Assembly: GCA_963674735.2 (NCBI GenBank)
Contig: CAXXQS010000002.1
Location: forward strand, 2,272,001 to 2,336,000
Length of the DNA: 64,000 bases
Reading direction: 5' to 3'
Source of the DNA: Myxococcota bacterium
GTDB lineage: Bacteria; Myxococcota_A; SURF-8
Notes under the pieces: generated by a model
What the model was told of the DNA's origin: nothing
What the model saw: the letters and a program-made list of their open reading frames with translations, nothing else
Databases searched by the model: none
Program-made: the position numbers and the translations under genes
Part shown: piece by piece, positions 39,209-49,150 of the stretch
Layout of the letters: the number at the start of each line of letters is the position of its first letter
How positions within the stretch are numbered: position 1 is the stretch's first letter

Positions 39209-39985
39209 GTGAAACTGAAGCTGGCATTTGGTGGCAAGGGCGGCGTGGGTAAAACGACCGTGACCGCGCTCATGGCCCGGTTGCTGGCGAAAAAGGGTAA
39301 ACGCGTGATCGCCGTGGATGCCGATCCCGTGGCCAATCTGGCGGCGGCATTGGGGATTCCGGAAGACGAGCCCATCACGCCCATCTCCCAACTCTCCGAT
39401 CTGATCGCCGAGCGCACCGGTTCGCAAAAAGGCACCTACGGCGGTTTTTTCAAGCTTAATCCGCGTGTCGACGATATTCCCGAGCGTTTTTCGCTCGACC
39501 GCGACGGCGTGAAACTGTTGGTGATGGGCACGGTGGACAGCGGCGGTTCGGGCTGCATCTGCCCGGAAAGCGTGATGCTCAAAGCCCTCATGCAGCATCT
39601 GGTGCTTTACAACGACGACGTGGTGCTGATGGACATGGAGGCCGGGGTGGAGCATCTGGGACGCGCCACGACCGGATCGGTGGATGCACTGCTGACAGTG
39701 GTCAATCCCGGTGCGCGCAGCCGCGTGGCCGCCGAGCGCATCCGCAAGCTGGCCAGCGATCTCGGCATCAAACGCGTGCTCGTTATCGGTAACCGCGTGC
39801 GCGGTCCCGAGGACGAAGCGCTCATCCGCGAGGCGCTGTCGGAGTTTGAGATTCTGGGATTTCTACCCGAAATGGATGAACTCATCCAGGCCGACCGAAA
39901 AGGCGTACGGCCTTTCGAGAACCTCGACGAACTGCCGGAGTCGGTGCATGTGCTGGCCGAGCGTTTGATCAACCTTTCGGAGTAA
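39209..39985 (+). CDS. cooC: CooC/AcsF Ni-insertion ATPase
   Basis: GKGGVGKTT, VDADP, GSGCICPE (CxC), DMEAGVEHLGR. Confidence 0.93.
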   Translation: MKLKLAFGGKGGVGKTTVTALMARLLAKKGKRVIAVDADPVANLAAALGIPEDEPITPISQLSDLIAERTGSQKGTYGGFFKLNPRVDDIPERFSLDRDGVKLLVMGTVDSGGSGCICPESVMLKALMQHLVLYNDDVVLMDMEAGVEHLGRATTGSVDALLTVVNPGARSRVAAERIRKLASDLGIKRVLVIGNRVRGPEDEALIREALSEFEILGFLPEMDELIQADRKGVRPFENLDELPESVHVLAERLINLSE

Positions 39986-40163
39986 ACAGGATGCGGTGAC
40001 CCATCAAGTCGATTTCCTCGATGGTGCCTTCCACTTCCACGCTCTCACCGAGAATGCCGCGCAACAGGTATTTCCCCTCGCCCAGCGGTTTGACCTGGGC
40101 GACCGTTTCCATGATCTTTTCCTGCGTATCCGCCCTCACGATATAAGCCGTCGATTCGCACAT
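39969..40163 (-). CDS. cooT: CooT-family nickel-binding chaperone
   Basis: 64 aa MCESTAY...IMETV...GILGES...IDLMGHRI, with Cys2 and the C-terminal His motif; converges on cooC. Confidence 0.8.
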   Translation of the reverse strand: MCESTAYIVRADTQEKIMETVAQVKPLGEGKYLLRGILGESVEVEGTIEEIDLMGHRILFTPKG

Positions 40164-40402
40164 GTCGTATCCCCTTTCGATCGAACAACCTGACATCAGC
40201 CTAAGCCTTTATGGCGCGGGTTTCAAGGAGAATTGCGGGGAGGAGGCTGGAATCTCTCTCCAGCCCGCGTTCGCGGACGAAGGGGGCAAGCGGTCGGAAA
40301 AGGCGGAGCCCGTCGGGAGACGCGCTCCAACACGCGGGATGTTTTGAAAAAAAGAATTGGCCGGACTGAACGAAGGGCAGCCCGGCGCAAATCCTGCTTG
40401 GA

Positions 40403-40921
40403 CTATCCGAGTTTTTTAATGAGATCGTCGATTGCCGTCTGGGCGTCGATATCTTGGGTGTGCAGGATGATCTCCGCGTCCGAATGGGGCTCGAAGGGAT
40501 CGTCGATGCCGGTGAAATTCGGGATTTCGCCGGCGCGCGCGCGTTTGTATAACCCCTTGGGGTCGCGCTCTTCACAGACGGCCAGCGGCGTGTTCACCCA
40601 GGCGAAGTTGAGAGGAAGGCCGTGAAAGGATTCCCGGATCTTGTGGCGGATCGACTGGTAGGGCGTGATGGCCGCCACGATGACCAGGCCCTTGTGGCGC
40701 ACGATTTCGCGGGCCACGAAGGCGATACGCAAGAGGTTCATTTCGCGGTCTTCCTGCGAAAACCCCAACCCCTTGCTCAAATGGCGGCGCACGATATCGC
40801 CGTCCAGCATCGTTACCGTGCGACCGGCTTCCATCAGGCGTTGCTCTAGAATCTCCGCCAGGGTCGTTTTGCCTGCACCCGAAAGACCGGTAAACCAAAT
40901 ACAACATCCGTTCTGCAGCAT
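40403..40921 (-). CDS. cysC: Adenylyl-sulfate (APS) kinase
   Basis: WFTGLSGAGKTT, LDGDIVR, LGFSQEDR, RDPKGLYKRARAGEI, FTGIDDPFE. Confidence 0.95.
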   Translation of the reverse strand: MLQNGCCIWFTGLSGAGKTTLAEILEQRLMEAGRTVTMLDGDIVRRHLSKGLGFSQEDREMNLLRIAFVAREIVRHKGLVIVAAITPYQSIRHKIRESFHGLPLNFAWVNTPLAVCEERDPKGLYKRARAGEIPNFTGIDDPFEPHSDAEIILHTQDIDAQTAIDDLIKKLG

Positions 40922-40952
40922 GGTACTTCCTCCTGGAACGTGAAGGCTGAGC

Positions 40953-42383
40953 CTAGAGGCTCAACCGGGTGAGATCATCGTAAACCGCCTGTGCTTCGCT
41001 CATCAAGGCCGGGGGCAGGTCGTCGACCGCGTGCGGTCTGGCGGGTGAAATTCCATCCGCCGCGCCGTCCGGCAAGGTCATCCCCAGGCGCTCGAACACG
41101 GCGCCGAGAACGCGCGCCGGGTCTTCCCCGAGGCGCTCGTAGGAGACGAACAGGCTGTCCGCCGGAGCCTGCGCGAGAACGTAGCGATAGCTGCGAATCC
41201 ACAGGGTTACCCAATAGGCCAGTTCGGCCGGGGATGTTTCGCCATCCTGCGGGGGATCGTCCGGGAAGCGGAAAGGCTTGTGGTTGCCGCCGAATTCGTG
41301 GTGCCCGAGCCAGGTCATGTAGGTCAACCCGAAGGCGTCTTCCTTATGCCGGATCAGAAAGCGTTCATGCTGCTGTTTGAGCGACAAGGCGTGCTGAATG
41401 GGATCGCGAAACGGAATGATGATCACGCTGCCGGGAAAGGCTTTTTTTAAACTGGGTAAGCGCAAGAGGTTGTTGTTGTTTTTCGACAGGTAACGCCGTG
41501 GGTCTCCATTCGTGGCGGCCGCCACCTGTGCGACGTAGTGCCGGAAGCGGTCGAGCGTTTCCGTGTCGGGCGAATGGGGAACGAGTGCATCCGGCTGCAT
41601 GTAAGCCGGGCCGTCGAAAATGCGCCAGAAGACTTCTTCGAAGGCCTCGGGCGAATCGTAGTTCACCTTGATGCGGTCGCCGTGGGCGCGTTCCTCTTCA
41701 GCTTTGTGCTGCCGCAGGAATTTGGAGGCTTTGGACCACAGCTTGGGCATCAGGACGAAGGGCATGTCGCGGTAAGTGAGCGAGCGAAACGCGCCGGTGC
41801 CGTACAAGGTGCGCATCAAAATGGTGGTGCCCGCACGCGCCAGACCGCTGACGAAAACCGGTTGGGCGTCGGCCGCCGGGGGCTCGGCCGGGTGCAGCAT
41901 ACGCTCCATGTCGAAGGAGGTTTCCGCTACCGCGCGGGAACCGAGAGCCAGACGATGCAAAAAGCGCGACAGCGTCCCGTATTCTTCGATCGTCCTTTTT
42001 TTCGGGCTTCCGATCAAGGCCTGGCGCAAATAGTAATACACGACGGCGAAGGCGACGGAGAATCCGATCGGCCCCCAGTCGGACAGCAGCACGAGCACCG
42101 GACGTTCGAAGGGCCGCAGATAGTCCCACACCAGCGGTACGACAAGCGCCGCTCCCACGATTGCGGCCATCATCACGATCAGTTTCAGCGTGGTGAGAAA
42201 GATCGTGCCGGAGGCCTTGAGCAGGCGTGCCTGCTTCTCATCGTCGGTGAGGGTCTTGGATGAAACGACGCCCGGAACGGCGGCGGTGGTATCGAGCATG
42301 CGGCGCAAATGGTCGGTGAAAGGCAGGCGTAGCGCCACCTCGACCGCCACGAAAACCAGCAGAGCCGTCAGAACGTAAATCAT
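40953..42383 (-). CDS. Membrane-anchored PAPS-dependent sulfotransferase
   Basis: N-terminal TM helices; 5'-PSB SGLARAGTT, 3'-PB FRDPIQHALS, VSYERL. Confidence 0.85.
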   Translation of the reverse strand: MIYVLTALLVFVAVEVALRLPFTDHLRRMLDTTAAVPGVVSSKTLTDDEKQARLLKASGTIFLTTLKLIVMMAAIVGAALVVPLVWDYLRPFERPVLVLLSDWGPIGFSVAFAVVYYYLRQALIGSPKKRTIEEYGTLSRFLHRLALGSRAVAETSFDMERMLHPAEPPAADAQPVFVSGLARAGTTILMRTLYGTGAFRSLTYRDMPFVLMPKLWSKASKFLRQHKAEEERAHGDRIKVNYDSPEAFEEVFWRIFDGPAYMQPDALVPHSPDTETLDRFRHYVAQVAAATNGDPRRYLSKNNNNLLRLPSLKKAFPGSVIIIPFRDPIQHALSLKQQHERFLIRHKEDAFGLTYMTWLGHHEFGGNHKPFRFPDDPPQDGETSPAELAYWVTLWIRSYRYVLAQAPADSLFVSYERLGEDPARVLGAVFERLGMTLPDGAADGISPARPHAVDDLPPALMSEAQAVYDDLTRLSL

Positions 42384-42625
42384 TCCTTCGTCTCATCCTC
42401 TTTTTGGGACGCGGCGTTCGGGTCGGGCTTTGACCCGCGTTTGAACAGCTTTTTGATGGGGTACCAGAAGATGGCGAAGATGGCCAGCAACACCGAAAGC
42501 AAAACGCCCAGAATGGCGCCGATGGTGCCGAGACCCAGTCCGGGACCGATGTAGGCATGCGCCGGTGCGGCGAAAACCAACAGCAACCAGCAGATGGCCA
42601 GAAATGGCGGAATTAGTCGGAACAT
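42380..42625 (-). CDS. Small membrane protein with an AHA-YIGPG motif
   Basis: Signal-like segment ending APAHA, then YIGPGLG, a TM helix and a basic tail; overlaps both neighbouring genes. Confidence 0.75.
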   Translation of the reverse strand: MFRLIPPFLAICWLLLVFAAPAHAYIGPGLGLGTIGAILGVLLSVLLAIFAIFWYPIKKLFKRGSKPDPNAASQKEDETKE

Positions 42626-43941
42626 GATGGCATTTTCTCCAAGTCGTAAAAGTCCGGCGGCAGATAAACGGCCTCCGCCACGCTGAGTGTCAGGTTCTTT
42701 TCCTTGTCGTAAATATTGAGAAACTCGAAGACCACGCGCCCATCCGGGGTGACTTCGCGAACACTGCCGTAAAGCGGCACCGAGAACAGAATGTTGCCGT
42801 TGGGCAAAACCTGATGCTTGCCCCGGTCGTAGGAATAAAAACGACTCGTTCCCTCGCCGGCCAGAATCTGGACGCTATTCGTTTCAGGATCGATTTTGAC
42901 GATGCGCGAGGCGCGACGGTGCATGTTGTTGTCGTAAACGGTGATGGTGCCGTCGGGTTGCCAATCGGCGTCGTGTTGACGGCGCCACTGTCCGACCCGC
43001 CACCATTTGACTTTCAGGCTGGACGGATCGACGACGCACACCAGGTTGAGCGAGCGGAAATTCAAAAGCAGATCCCCGACGGCGAATTGGGGAAAGGCTC
43101 CGGCCAGCGCGGCGGGCAAGGGCTCGACGTCGTTGGCGTGCCACATCTGGCCGCCCACCTCGGTGAGCCATGGAGAGCCCTCGATCCGGTCGTCCTGGCG
43201 AATACCCAGAATGTCGATTTCGGGGTTGGCGGTATAGATCGCTTCGATGGGCAACTCGCGCAACAGCTTGCCGGTCTGGATGTCGAATTGGCTGAATGCG
43301 CCGTTGCAGGTCGGGCCGACTGCCCAGATGCGGTCGCCTTCGTCGGGCGAGATGGCGTGGTTGTAGAGGCCCGGCGTGGCCCACAGGCGGCGGCCGCACC
43401 AGTCGAAACGCTGGATAGACGAGCCGAAATCGAAGGTGAAAATCAGCGAGCCGTCGGGTTGCGGCAGAATGCCGTGGGGATATTTCACCTGTTCGCTGCG
43501 CGTAACCTCGAAGGGCAGTCCGTTCTCATGCAGCACCCAGTGGTGCACGATGCGCCCCTCGGTATCGAGCAGAATCGCGCCGTGCAGACCGGCCTCGAAA
43601 TCGAAAACGCCGTGGATCAGGCGGTAGCCCGGCTGGGCGCCGTCGCTCAGATACACCTGTGCCGCGGCGCGGCGCTTTTTGGCTCCGGGGATCGCTAACG
43701 TTTTGTAATTACGGGAGTTATCGACTTGCAGCAGGGAGTAATGGCGGTAGGGGTTGACGTCGGCGTCGTTGAGAACTTTTTCGACGAAGCTGGTGCCTTC
43801 TTCGGGATGACCGGCGGCGAAGGCCAGAAAATCCTGCACCACCGCATAGGGAAAAACCTCGTATTTCCCGATGGCGAAACCCCAGGTCATGAAAAGTAAA
43901 ACGGCCAGATAATAGACCGCGAATTTCTGCAATCGGTTCAT
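42613..43941 (-). CDS. Arylsulfotransferase (ASST) family beta-propeller
   Basis: N-terminal anchor; YNHAI, WHANDVEPL, RQHDADW, VYDNN, LPNGNIL. Confidence 0.82.
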   Translation of the reverse strand: MNRLQKFAVYYLAVLLFMTWGFAIGKYEVFPYAVVQDFLAFAAGHPEEGTSFVEKVLNDADVNPYRHYSLLQVDNSRNYKTLAIPGAKKRRAAAQVYLSDGAQPGYRLIHGVFDFEAGLHGAILLDTEGRIVHHWVLHENGLPFEVTRSEQVKYPHGILPQPDGSLIFTFDFGSSIQRFDWCGRRLWATPGLYNHAISPDEGDRIWAVGPTCNGAFSQFDIQTGKLLRELPIEAIYTANPEIDILGIRQDDRIEGSPWLTEVGGQMWHANDVEPLPAALAGAFPQFAVGDLLLNFRSLNLVCVVDPSSLKVKWWRVGQWRRQHDADWQPDGTITVYDNNMHRRASRIVKIDPETNSVQILAGEGTSRFYSYDRGKHQVLPNGNILFSVPLYGSVREVTPDGRVVFEFLNIYDKEKNLTLSVAEAVYLPPDFYDLEKMPSCSD

Positions 43942-44135
43942 GCCAGCCGTCGCCTCGAAGAAAAAACGTTCGCGAAATCAGACCCGTGACCGTGGCTTGA
44001 CAGGCAAGCGTTCGTGAAGAAAGGATCTGAGCGCGCGACCAAAACCTGATTCTAGGTATCACCATTGGGGGGACTTTGTCAATCAAACGTTCTGTTTCCT
44101 ATTATATAGAAGAACGGTTTTCGACGGCCGCGCCC

Positions 44136-44167
44136 AAAAAGAATCCCCGACCCAAGCGGGCCGGGGA
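44136..44167 (-). terminator. Putative terminator after ino1
   Basis: CCCCGACCC-AAGC-GGGCCGGGG stem with an A-run on +. Confidence 0.55.
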
Positions 44168-44193
44168 AGATGAAAGCGGAACGGTATGACGGA

Positions 44194-45525
44194 TTAGTCT
44201 TTATCCATCATGTCGTAGTATTCGAGGCCCAGGTGGGTGATGAGATCTTCCTTCATCAGCCAACGCATGGTGTTTTTCATCTTGTGCTTCTGGATGAACA
44301 GATCGTGTTCCGGGTAAACGCTCTCGGCGGCCTGCGGGCTCTTCCAGTAGAAGCTCAGCCACTCCTGGATACCGTACATATTGCAGCGATGGGCCAGGTC
44401 CATCAACAGCGCCAGATCCAACACGATGGGGGCGGCCAGGATGGAATCGCGGCAGAGGAAGTCGACCTTGATCTGCATGGGATAGCCCATCCAGCCGAAG
44501 ATGTCGATGTTATCCCAACCCTCTTTGTTATCGCCGCGCGGCGGGTAATAGTTGATGCGGACTTTGTGGTACAGATCGCTGTAAAGCTCGGGGTACATGC
44601 TCGGTTGCAAAATGGCGTCGAGCACGCCCAGCTTGCTGACTTCCTTGGTTTTGAAGCTCTCGGGATCGTCCAGCACTTCGCCGTCACGGTTACCCAGGAT
44701 GTTGGTCGAGAACCAGCCCGAGACGCCCAGCATGCGCGCTTTGAAGCCCGGGGCGAGGATGGTTTTCATCAAGGTCTGGCCGGTTTTGAAATCCTTGCCG
44801 CCCACCGGAACGCGGTTTTCTCTGAAAAGCTCCATCAGGGCCGGGGTTTCCAGGCACAGGTTGGGCGCGCCGTTGCAGAAAGGCACGCGCTCTTTGATGG
44901 TGGCGTAGGCGTAAATCTGGCTCGGGGCGATTTCGGGATTGTCGTCTTTCAGACCTTGCTCGAACGCGGCCAGCGATTGATGCACCGCCGACGGCTCGCG
45001 GAAAACTTCGGTGGATGCGCACCAGATCACCACGGCGCGGCTGCAGCCGTTGTCTTTCATGAAGTTGCGGATATCCGCTCTGAGCGCCTGGGCCATTTCC
45101 CACTTGGTGCCCGTTTTCTTGTTGGGACCGTCGATCTTTTTCACGTAATCGGTCGAGAAAACGGCGGCCATGGGTTTGATGGACTGCATTTCCTCTTTGA
45201 TGCCTTGCAGATCTTCGCGCTTGAGCACGGAGGCGTTGAGCGCGGCTTCGTAGGCGGTATCGTTGAAGATATCCCAACCGCCGAATACCAGCTGATCGAG
45301 ATCGGCCAGGGGCAAAAAGTCTTTGATTTTGGGGCTGCGCTTATCGGAACGCTTGCCCAGGCGGATGGTGTTCAATTGCGTCAGCGAACCGATGGGCTTG
45401 GCCAGCCCTTTGCGGCTTGCGAGGACACCGGCCATGAAGGTTGTGGCCACGGCACCGAGACCGGGCGTCAGAATCGCCAGCTTGCCGTCCTTCGGTTTAA
45501 TGTCATCTTTGCGTAGGATGGTCAT
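44194..45525 (-). CDS. ino1: Myo-inositol-1-phosphate synthase
   Basis: GLGAVATT, FGGWDI, NGAP, GKDFKTGQT, STNILGNRDG, GDNKEGWD, CRDSILAAP. Confidence 0.93.
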   Translation of the reverse strand: MTILRKDDIKPKDGKLAILTPGLGAVATTFMAGVLASRKGLAKPIGSLTQLNTIRLGKRSDKRSPKIKDFLPLADLDQLVFGGWDIFNDTAYEAALNASVLKREDLQGIKEEMQSIKPMAAVFSTDYVKKIDGPNKKTGTKWEMAQALRADIRNFMKDNGCSRAVVIWCASTEVFREPSAVHQSLAAFEQGLKDDNPEIAPSQIYAYATIKERVPFCNGAPNLCLETPALMELFRENRVPVGGKDFKTGQTLMKTILAPGFKARMLGVSGWFSTNILGNRDGEVLDDPESFKTKEVSKLGVLDAILQPSMYPELYSDLYHKVRINYYPPRGDNKEGWDNIDIFGWMGYPMQIKVDFLCRDSILAAPIVLDLALLMDLAHRCNMYGIQEWLSFYWKSPQAAESVYPEHDLFIQKHKMKNTMRWLMKEDLITHLGLEYYDMMDKD

Positions 45526-45749
45526 AATCACCTCTCTTCATCTTCCGACTCACATCCAATAAACGGTGTCGGCCGATCAAGCCGTGCTCCGGTTTGGTCT
45601 GCCCGAATTGGGACAACCTAGTATTCTGCCCGTCAATTGTCAACAGAATTCCATTGATTTCACCCCAAGGAAAAAAACGCTGAAGGCTTTACAAATTTCC
45701 GGGGATTTTGTACCCTTATAAAGGAGTAACTTGTGCGGAGGATCGCTGA

Positions 45750-46238
45750 ATGGAGGACTACCTGATACGCCCCGTCGAACCACGGGACGTAGAGCGCGTC
45801 ATCGGCATCATATCTCGACACGACGAATCGGAGGGGGAACTGGCGCGCGACTATCTGGACGCGTATTTCCAGGATCCACTGACCGCTCGCGAGTATGGAC
45901 GTCACTATGTCGTGGAGTTGGACGAGGAAATCGTGGCGGTGGGCGGCTATTTATGCGAGCCTGTGCGCGGTGAGTTCTGGGTGGGTTTTCTGGTGGTGGA
46001 TCCTTACTACCAGGGCCAGGGGATCGGCTCCCTGCTATTGGAACGCTTCGATGCCGATGTTCGATCCCTGGACGGTGCGGCGCTGCATGTGGCGGTTCCC
46101 GAGTCGGACGTGCTGAAGCGCTCGGCGCGTTTCTACGAAGTGAACGGCTTCAATCGCTGCGACGACGTTCTTGCGCCGCCGCTTCCCATGAAATCCGGAG
46201 GACAAATCTACCGCAAGCCGCTTGTTCCGCCCGGCTGA
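45750..46238 (+). CDS. GNAT-family N-acetyltransferase
   Basis: VDPYYQGQGIGSLLL acetyl-CoA motif, ARFYEVNGF. Confidence 0.85.
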   Translation: MEDYLIRPVEPRDVERVIGIISRHDESEGELARDYLDAYFQDPLTAREYGRHYVVELDEEIVAVGGYLCEPVRGEFWVGFLVVDPYYQGQGIGSLLLERFDADVRSLDGAALHVAVPESDVLKRSARFYEVNGFNRCDDVLAPPLPMKSGGQIYRKPLVPPG

Positions 46239-46313
46239 TCCGCGCCGCCCGACCTCTCGCAGACAGCGGCTGTAGCGCTGCGTCATCAACGACTTTTACC
46301 ATAGGAGCCTGGG

Positions 46314-47339
46314 ATGGGGAATCGCGTTCGCTTCGATTTGACGGACCGCTCTTTTTACGAGGTGTGGTATCTCACCGTGGTGCATCGCCAAAGCGGCCAG
46401 GCCTTCTGGATCCGTTCGACGCTGTTGCAGGGTGTGTCCGATAACGGTCAACGGCGCGGCGGTTTGTGGTGCGCCCGATTCGACCCGCGCGACGCCTCCC
46501 GCAATCTGTTGGTGCAACGCGCCTATCCCGAATCGCAGGTGCGGGTGGCTCCGAATGAAACCCCGGTGGCGGTGGGCGATTCACTCTTCGATGACACGCG
46601 CTGGCAGGCCGCTTTCGTGCGTGACGGCTGGGCGGTGGATTGGGATCTGCACTGGGAGCCGCAGGAGGACACGGTGTGGATGATCCCCGATCTTGTCCGC
46701 CGCTCGCATATCCCCAAGGCCGACAGCAACGTGCCCCACATCGATATCAAACTCACCGGCACGCTCACCATCAACGGCGAAACGGTTACGTTCGACGGCG
46801 ACCCGGCCGGGCAGGCGCATCATTGGGGGTACCACTACGCCAAGGAATGGATCTGGGGGCATTGCAACGTGTTCGACCATGCCGAGGATTCGTGGCTGGA
46901 ATTTCTTTCGGCCAAAATTTACGATGCGGGAAGCTGGACCTATCCCTTCACGATGCTGCAAGTGAAAACTCCCGAGGGGCGCTTCGGGGTGAACACGCCG
47001 TGGGCGCTGTTGCGTTCGCGCGCCACTTACGAAAACGGGAGTTGGCGGGTGACCGCGCAGGATGGAGAGCGACGCATCGAGCTGCACATGGCGGCCCCGC
47101 CGGAGCGCTTCGTTTGCGCGCCCTACGAATCGCCGCATCACGAGGCTTACTGGTGCCACAACAGCTGTCTGGCGGATCTGCGCTGCCGCGTGTTGAAACG
47201 CGAGGGGACGGTCTGGCGGCAGGAACGCGAATTGATCAGCACCGGCCGCGCCGCCGCCGAGTTCTGCACCACCCAGGATACCACCCCGGCCGACTTCGTC
47301 TTCCGCACGCTGGCTCCGCCCGTGTTCGTGGGGGAGTAG
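46314..47339 (+). CDS. Tocopherol cyclase-like / lipocalin-fold hypothetical protein
   Basis: FYEVWY, WDLHW, GQAHHWG...WIWGHCN pattern. Confidence 0.6.
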   Translation: MGNRVRFDLTDRSFYEVWYLTVVHRQSGQAFWIRSTLLQGVSDNGQRRGGLWCARFDPRDASRNLLVQRAYPESQVRVAPNETPVAVGDSLFDDTRWQAAFVRDGWAVDWDLHWEPQEDTVWMIPDLVRRSHIPKADSNVPHIDIKLTGTLTINGETVTFDGDPAGQAHHWGYHYAKEWIWGHCNVFDHAEDSWLEFLSAKIYDAGSWTYPFTMLQVKTPEGRFGVNTPWALLRSRATYENGSWRVTAQDGERRIELHMAAPPERFVCAPYESPHHEAYWCHNSCLADLRCRVLKREGTVWRQERELISTGRAAAEFCTTQDTTPADFVFRTLAPPVFVGE

Positions 47340-47404
47340 GGGTAGGTATAACGGCTCAAATGAATGGGGGCTCATTCAAAATATGACTATTGGTGTTGTT
47401 TTAC

Positions 47405-47432
47405 TTGACAAAAATTGAGTTGGCAATAGAAT
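47405..47432 (+). promoter_or_regulatory. Putative sigma70 promoter of the low-GC cassette
   Basis: TTGACA-N16-TAGAAT. Confidence 0.5.
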
Positions 47433-47655
47433 CGTCAAAAGATTTCTTGCGGGTATGCTGTAAAGCATAGTAATATATGTTATTCAATAAGTTGCATTGA
47501 GATAGCTTGGAAAGCTTGGAAGTCGTTTGGCTGTTGTTTTCCAGCACGTACGGAGAGGCGTTGAGTGTGTTTGCAGCCATGTCCAGTGATGATAAGATTC
47601 AAGATTTTTTAATAATGTCCGATCTATTTCGGGTGTAGGGGAGGGACAGAGAATT

Positions 47656-48003
47656 ATGATTTTGGACGTTTTTTATGGAGCGTTATTGGGGGTTATCTTC
47701 TCCAGGATATTTTGTCAAGGAAGTGTAGAATTAGGTGCAAGTGTTGGACTTGAATTTGTTCCTTGGGTAATGTTCTTATTCGGAATCGCAGCGATACTAA
47801 GCAAGTATAGAGACGATGCGATGCGGCGTGATGGTTATTTGAAGCTGGCTATCTGGTTGGCTCTGCTGTTGCTTATGGTTCCCTTCGTATTGAATTCCTT
47901 TTCTGTAGAAATAGCAGGAATATTTGCCCATGCTCTCGCAATTGGTGTTGCGACGTTTTTCTGGATTGTAGCGAATGAACTAGTCCATAAACCAATGTGG
48001 TAA
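47656..48003 (+). CDS. Hypothetical 4-TM membrane protein (low GC)
   Basis: 115 aa with four hydrophobic segments; GGAGG upstream. Confidence 0.65.
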   Translation: MILDVFYGALLGVIFSRIFCQGSVELGASVGLEFVPWVMFLFGIAAILSKYRDDAMRRDGYLKLAIWLALLLLMVPFVLNSFSVEIAGIFAHALAIGVATFFWIVANELVHKPMW

Positions 48004-48025
48004 GAAAACATAAAGAGAGGGTTGC

Positions 48026-48337
48026 ATGACAACCGAAGAAATGATTCTGATGATCCTTACAATCCTTGCGTTAGCGGGTCTTCTTGTCTATTTGCATTTC
48101 ATTAAACCCGTCTTAGTGACGAGGCGAGATAGGCAAAGACATTCCAATGGTGGTGGGCCGTCGATGTCTTTGGAAAGAAGCTCTTCTGCCGAGAGAGGGG
48201 GATTATCTAGCCTCCGCACTTTGACAGCTAATTTGAGTGGAGGGCGGATCGAAATAACGGATGGAAACGCAGATATTCTGCTCAATGCTTTGGATCAGGT
48301 TTGGCAAAAGCACAAAAAGCCGGAAGGCGCAGAATAG
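48026..48337 (+). CDS. Hypothetical single-TM protein (low GC)
   Basis: N-terminal TM ILMILTILALAGLLVYL; GAGAGG RBS. Confidence 0.6.
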   Translation: MTTEEMILMILTILALAGLLVYLHFIKPVLVTRRDRQRHSNGGGPSMSLERSSSAERGGLSSLRTLTANLSGGRIEITDGNADILLNALDQVWQKHKKPEGAE

Positions 48338-48394
48338 ACCCACCTTTGAAATTTGTCCGTGGCTATAAACGTTCATATGCCGATGGGAGTTTGA

Positions 48395-49150
48395 ATGCTT
48401 GATACTCGGTTAAGCTATGCTAGGGGTGTGTCCGAAACTCTGAGAGAAGATTTGGGACGAAACCAGATTGATAAAGATGGGTTGTTGGATATTGCGACCG
48501 ATATCACCACGAGATTGAAATGTGAATTTGAGTTTGCTTCGATCGATCTTCCCAAGGAACAATTCAAAGCTTTGGTTGCCTTTAAATCAAGTATTCGAAC
48601 CTATTGTCTGTTGATCAATAAAAATTTGATTGCAGGCTCTGAATCTGAAAAATCGACAAGTCCATCGGAGTGGTTTTTTATTGCCCACGAAGTGGGGCAT
48701 ATCGTGTTACATCGGGATTTATTCGATGTTGAAGTGATGCGTCAATCCCCTGAGCTTGAAGACCAAGCCGACTTTTTTGCACGTCTCTGTTTCTGGCCAC
48801 TTGAGCGAATCACTTTGGCCTTGGCCACCGGGAAAGAGTTTGGGGAAGCCACGGGATATAAAGAAGTCATGGATCTTAATATGGCAAAGGAGGAGTTTCC
48901 ACCCAAAATCAGCTCTGAACGGTCGTATTCCAGAGATGACTTGTGTCACCAATTGGCCATATTTGCTTCTCAAGCATACGAGGATAAGGGTTGGAACAGT
49001 CAGGTTAATGTCCGCTGGTCCTACTTGAGCATGCTTCGTTATGCGAATGAATTTCTCTATCAATATGAGAGATATTTACCCCATTCCTATTGTAAGTTTA
49101 TGTCTTATTTATCTCCTTATGCCATCGGGCACAACGGGTCTTACCGTTAG
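48395..49150 (+). CDS. ImmA/IrrE-like zinc metallopeptidase
   Basis: FFIAHEVGHIVLH (HExxH) plus a downstream LEDQADFFA motif. Confidence 0.75.
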   Translation: MLDTRLSYARGVSETLREDLGRNQIDKDGLLDIATDITTRLKCEFEFASIDLPKEQFKALVAFKSSIRTYCLLINKNLIAGSESEKSTSPSEWFFIAHEVGHIVLHRDLFDVEVMRQSPELEDQADFFARLCFWPLERITLALATGKEFGEATGYKEVMDLNMAKEEFPPKISSERSYSRDDLCHQLAIFASQAYEDKGWNSQVNVRWSYLSMLRYANEFLYQYERYLPHSYCKFMSYLSPYAIGHNGSYR

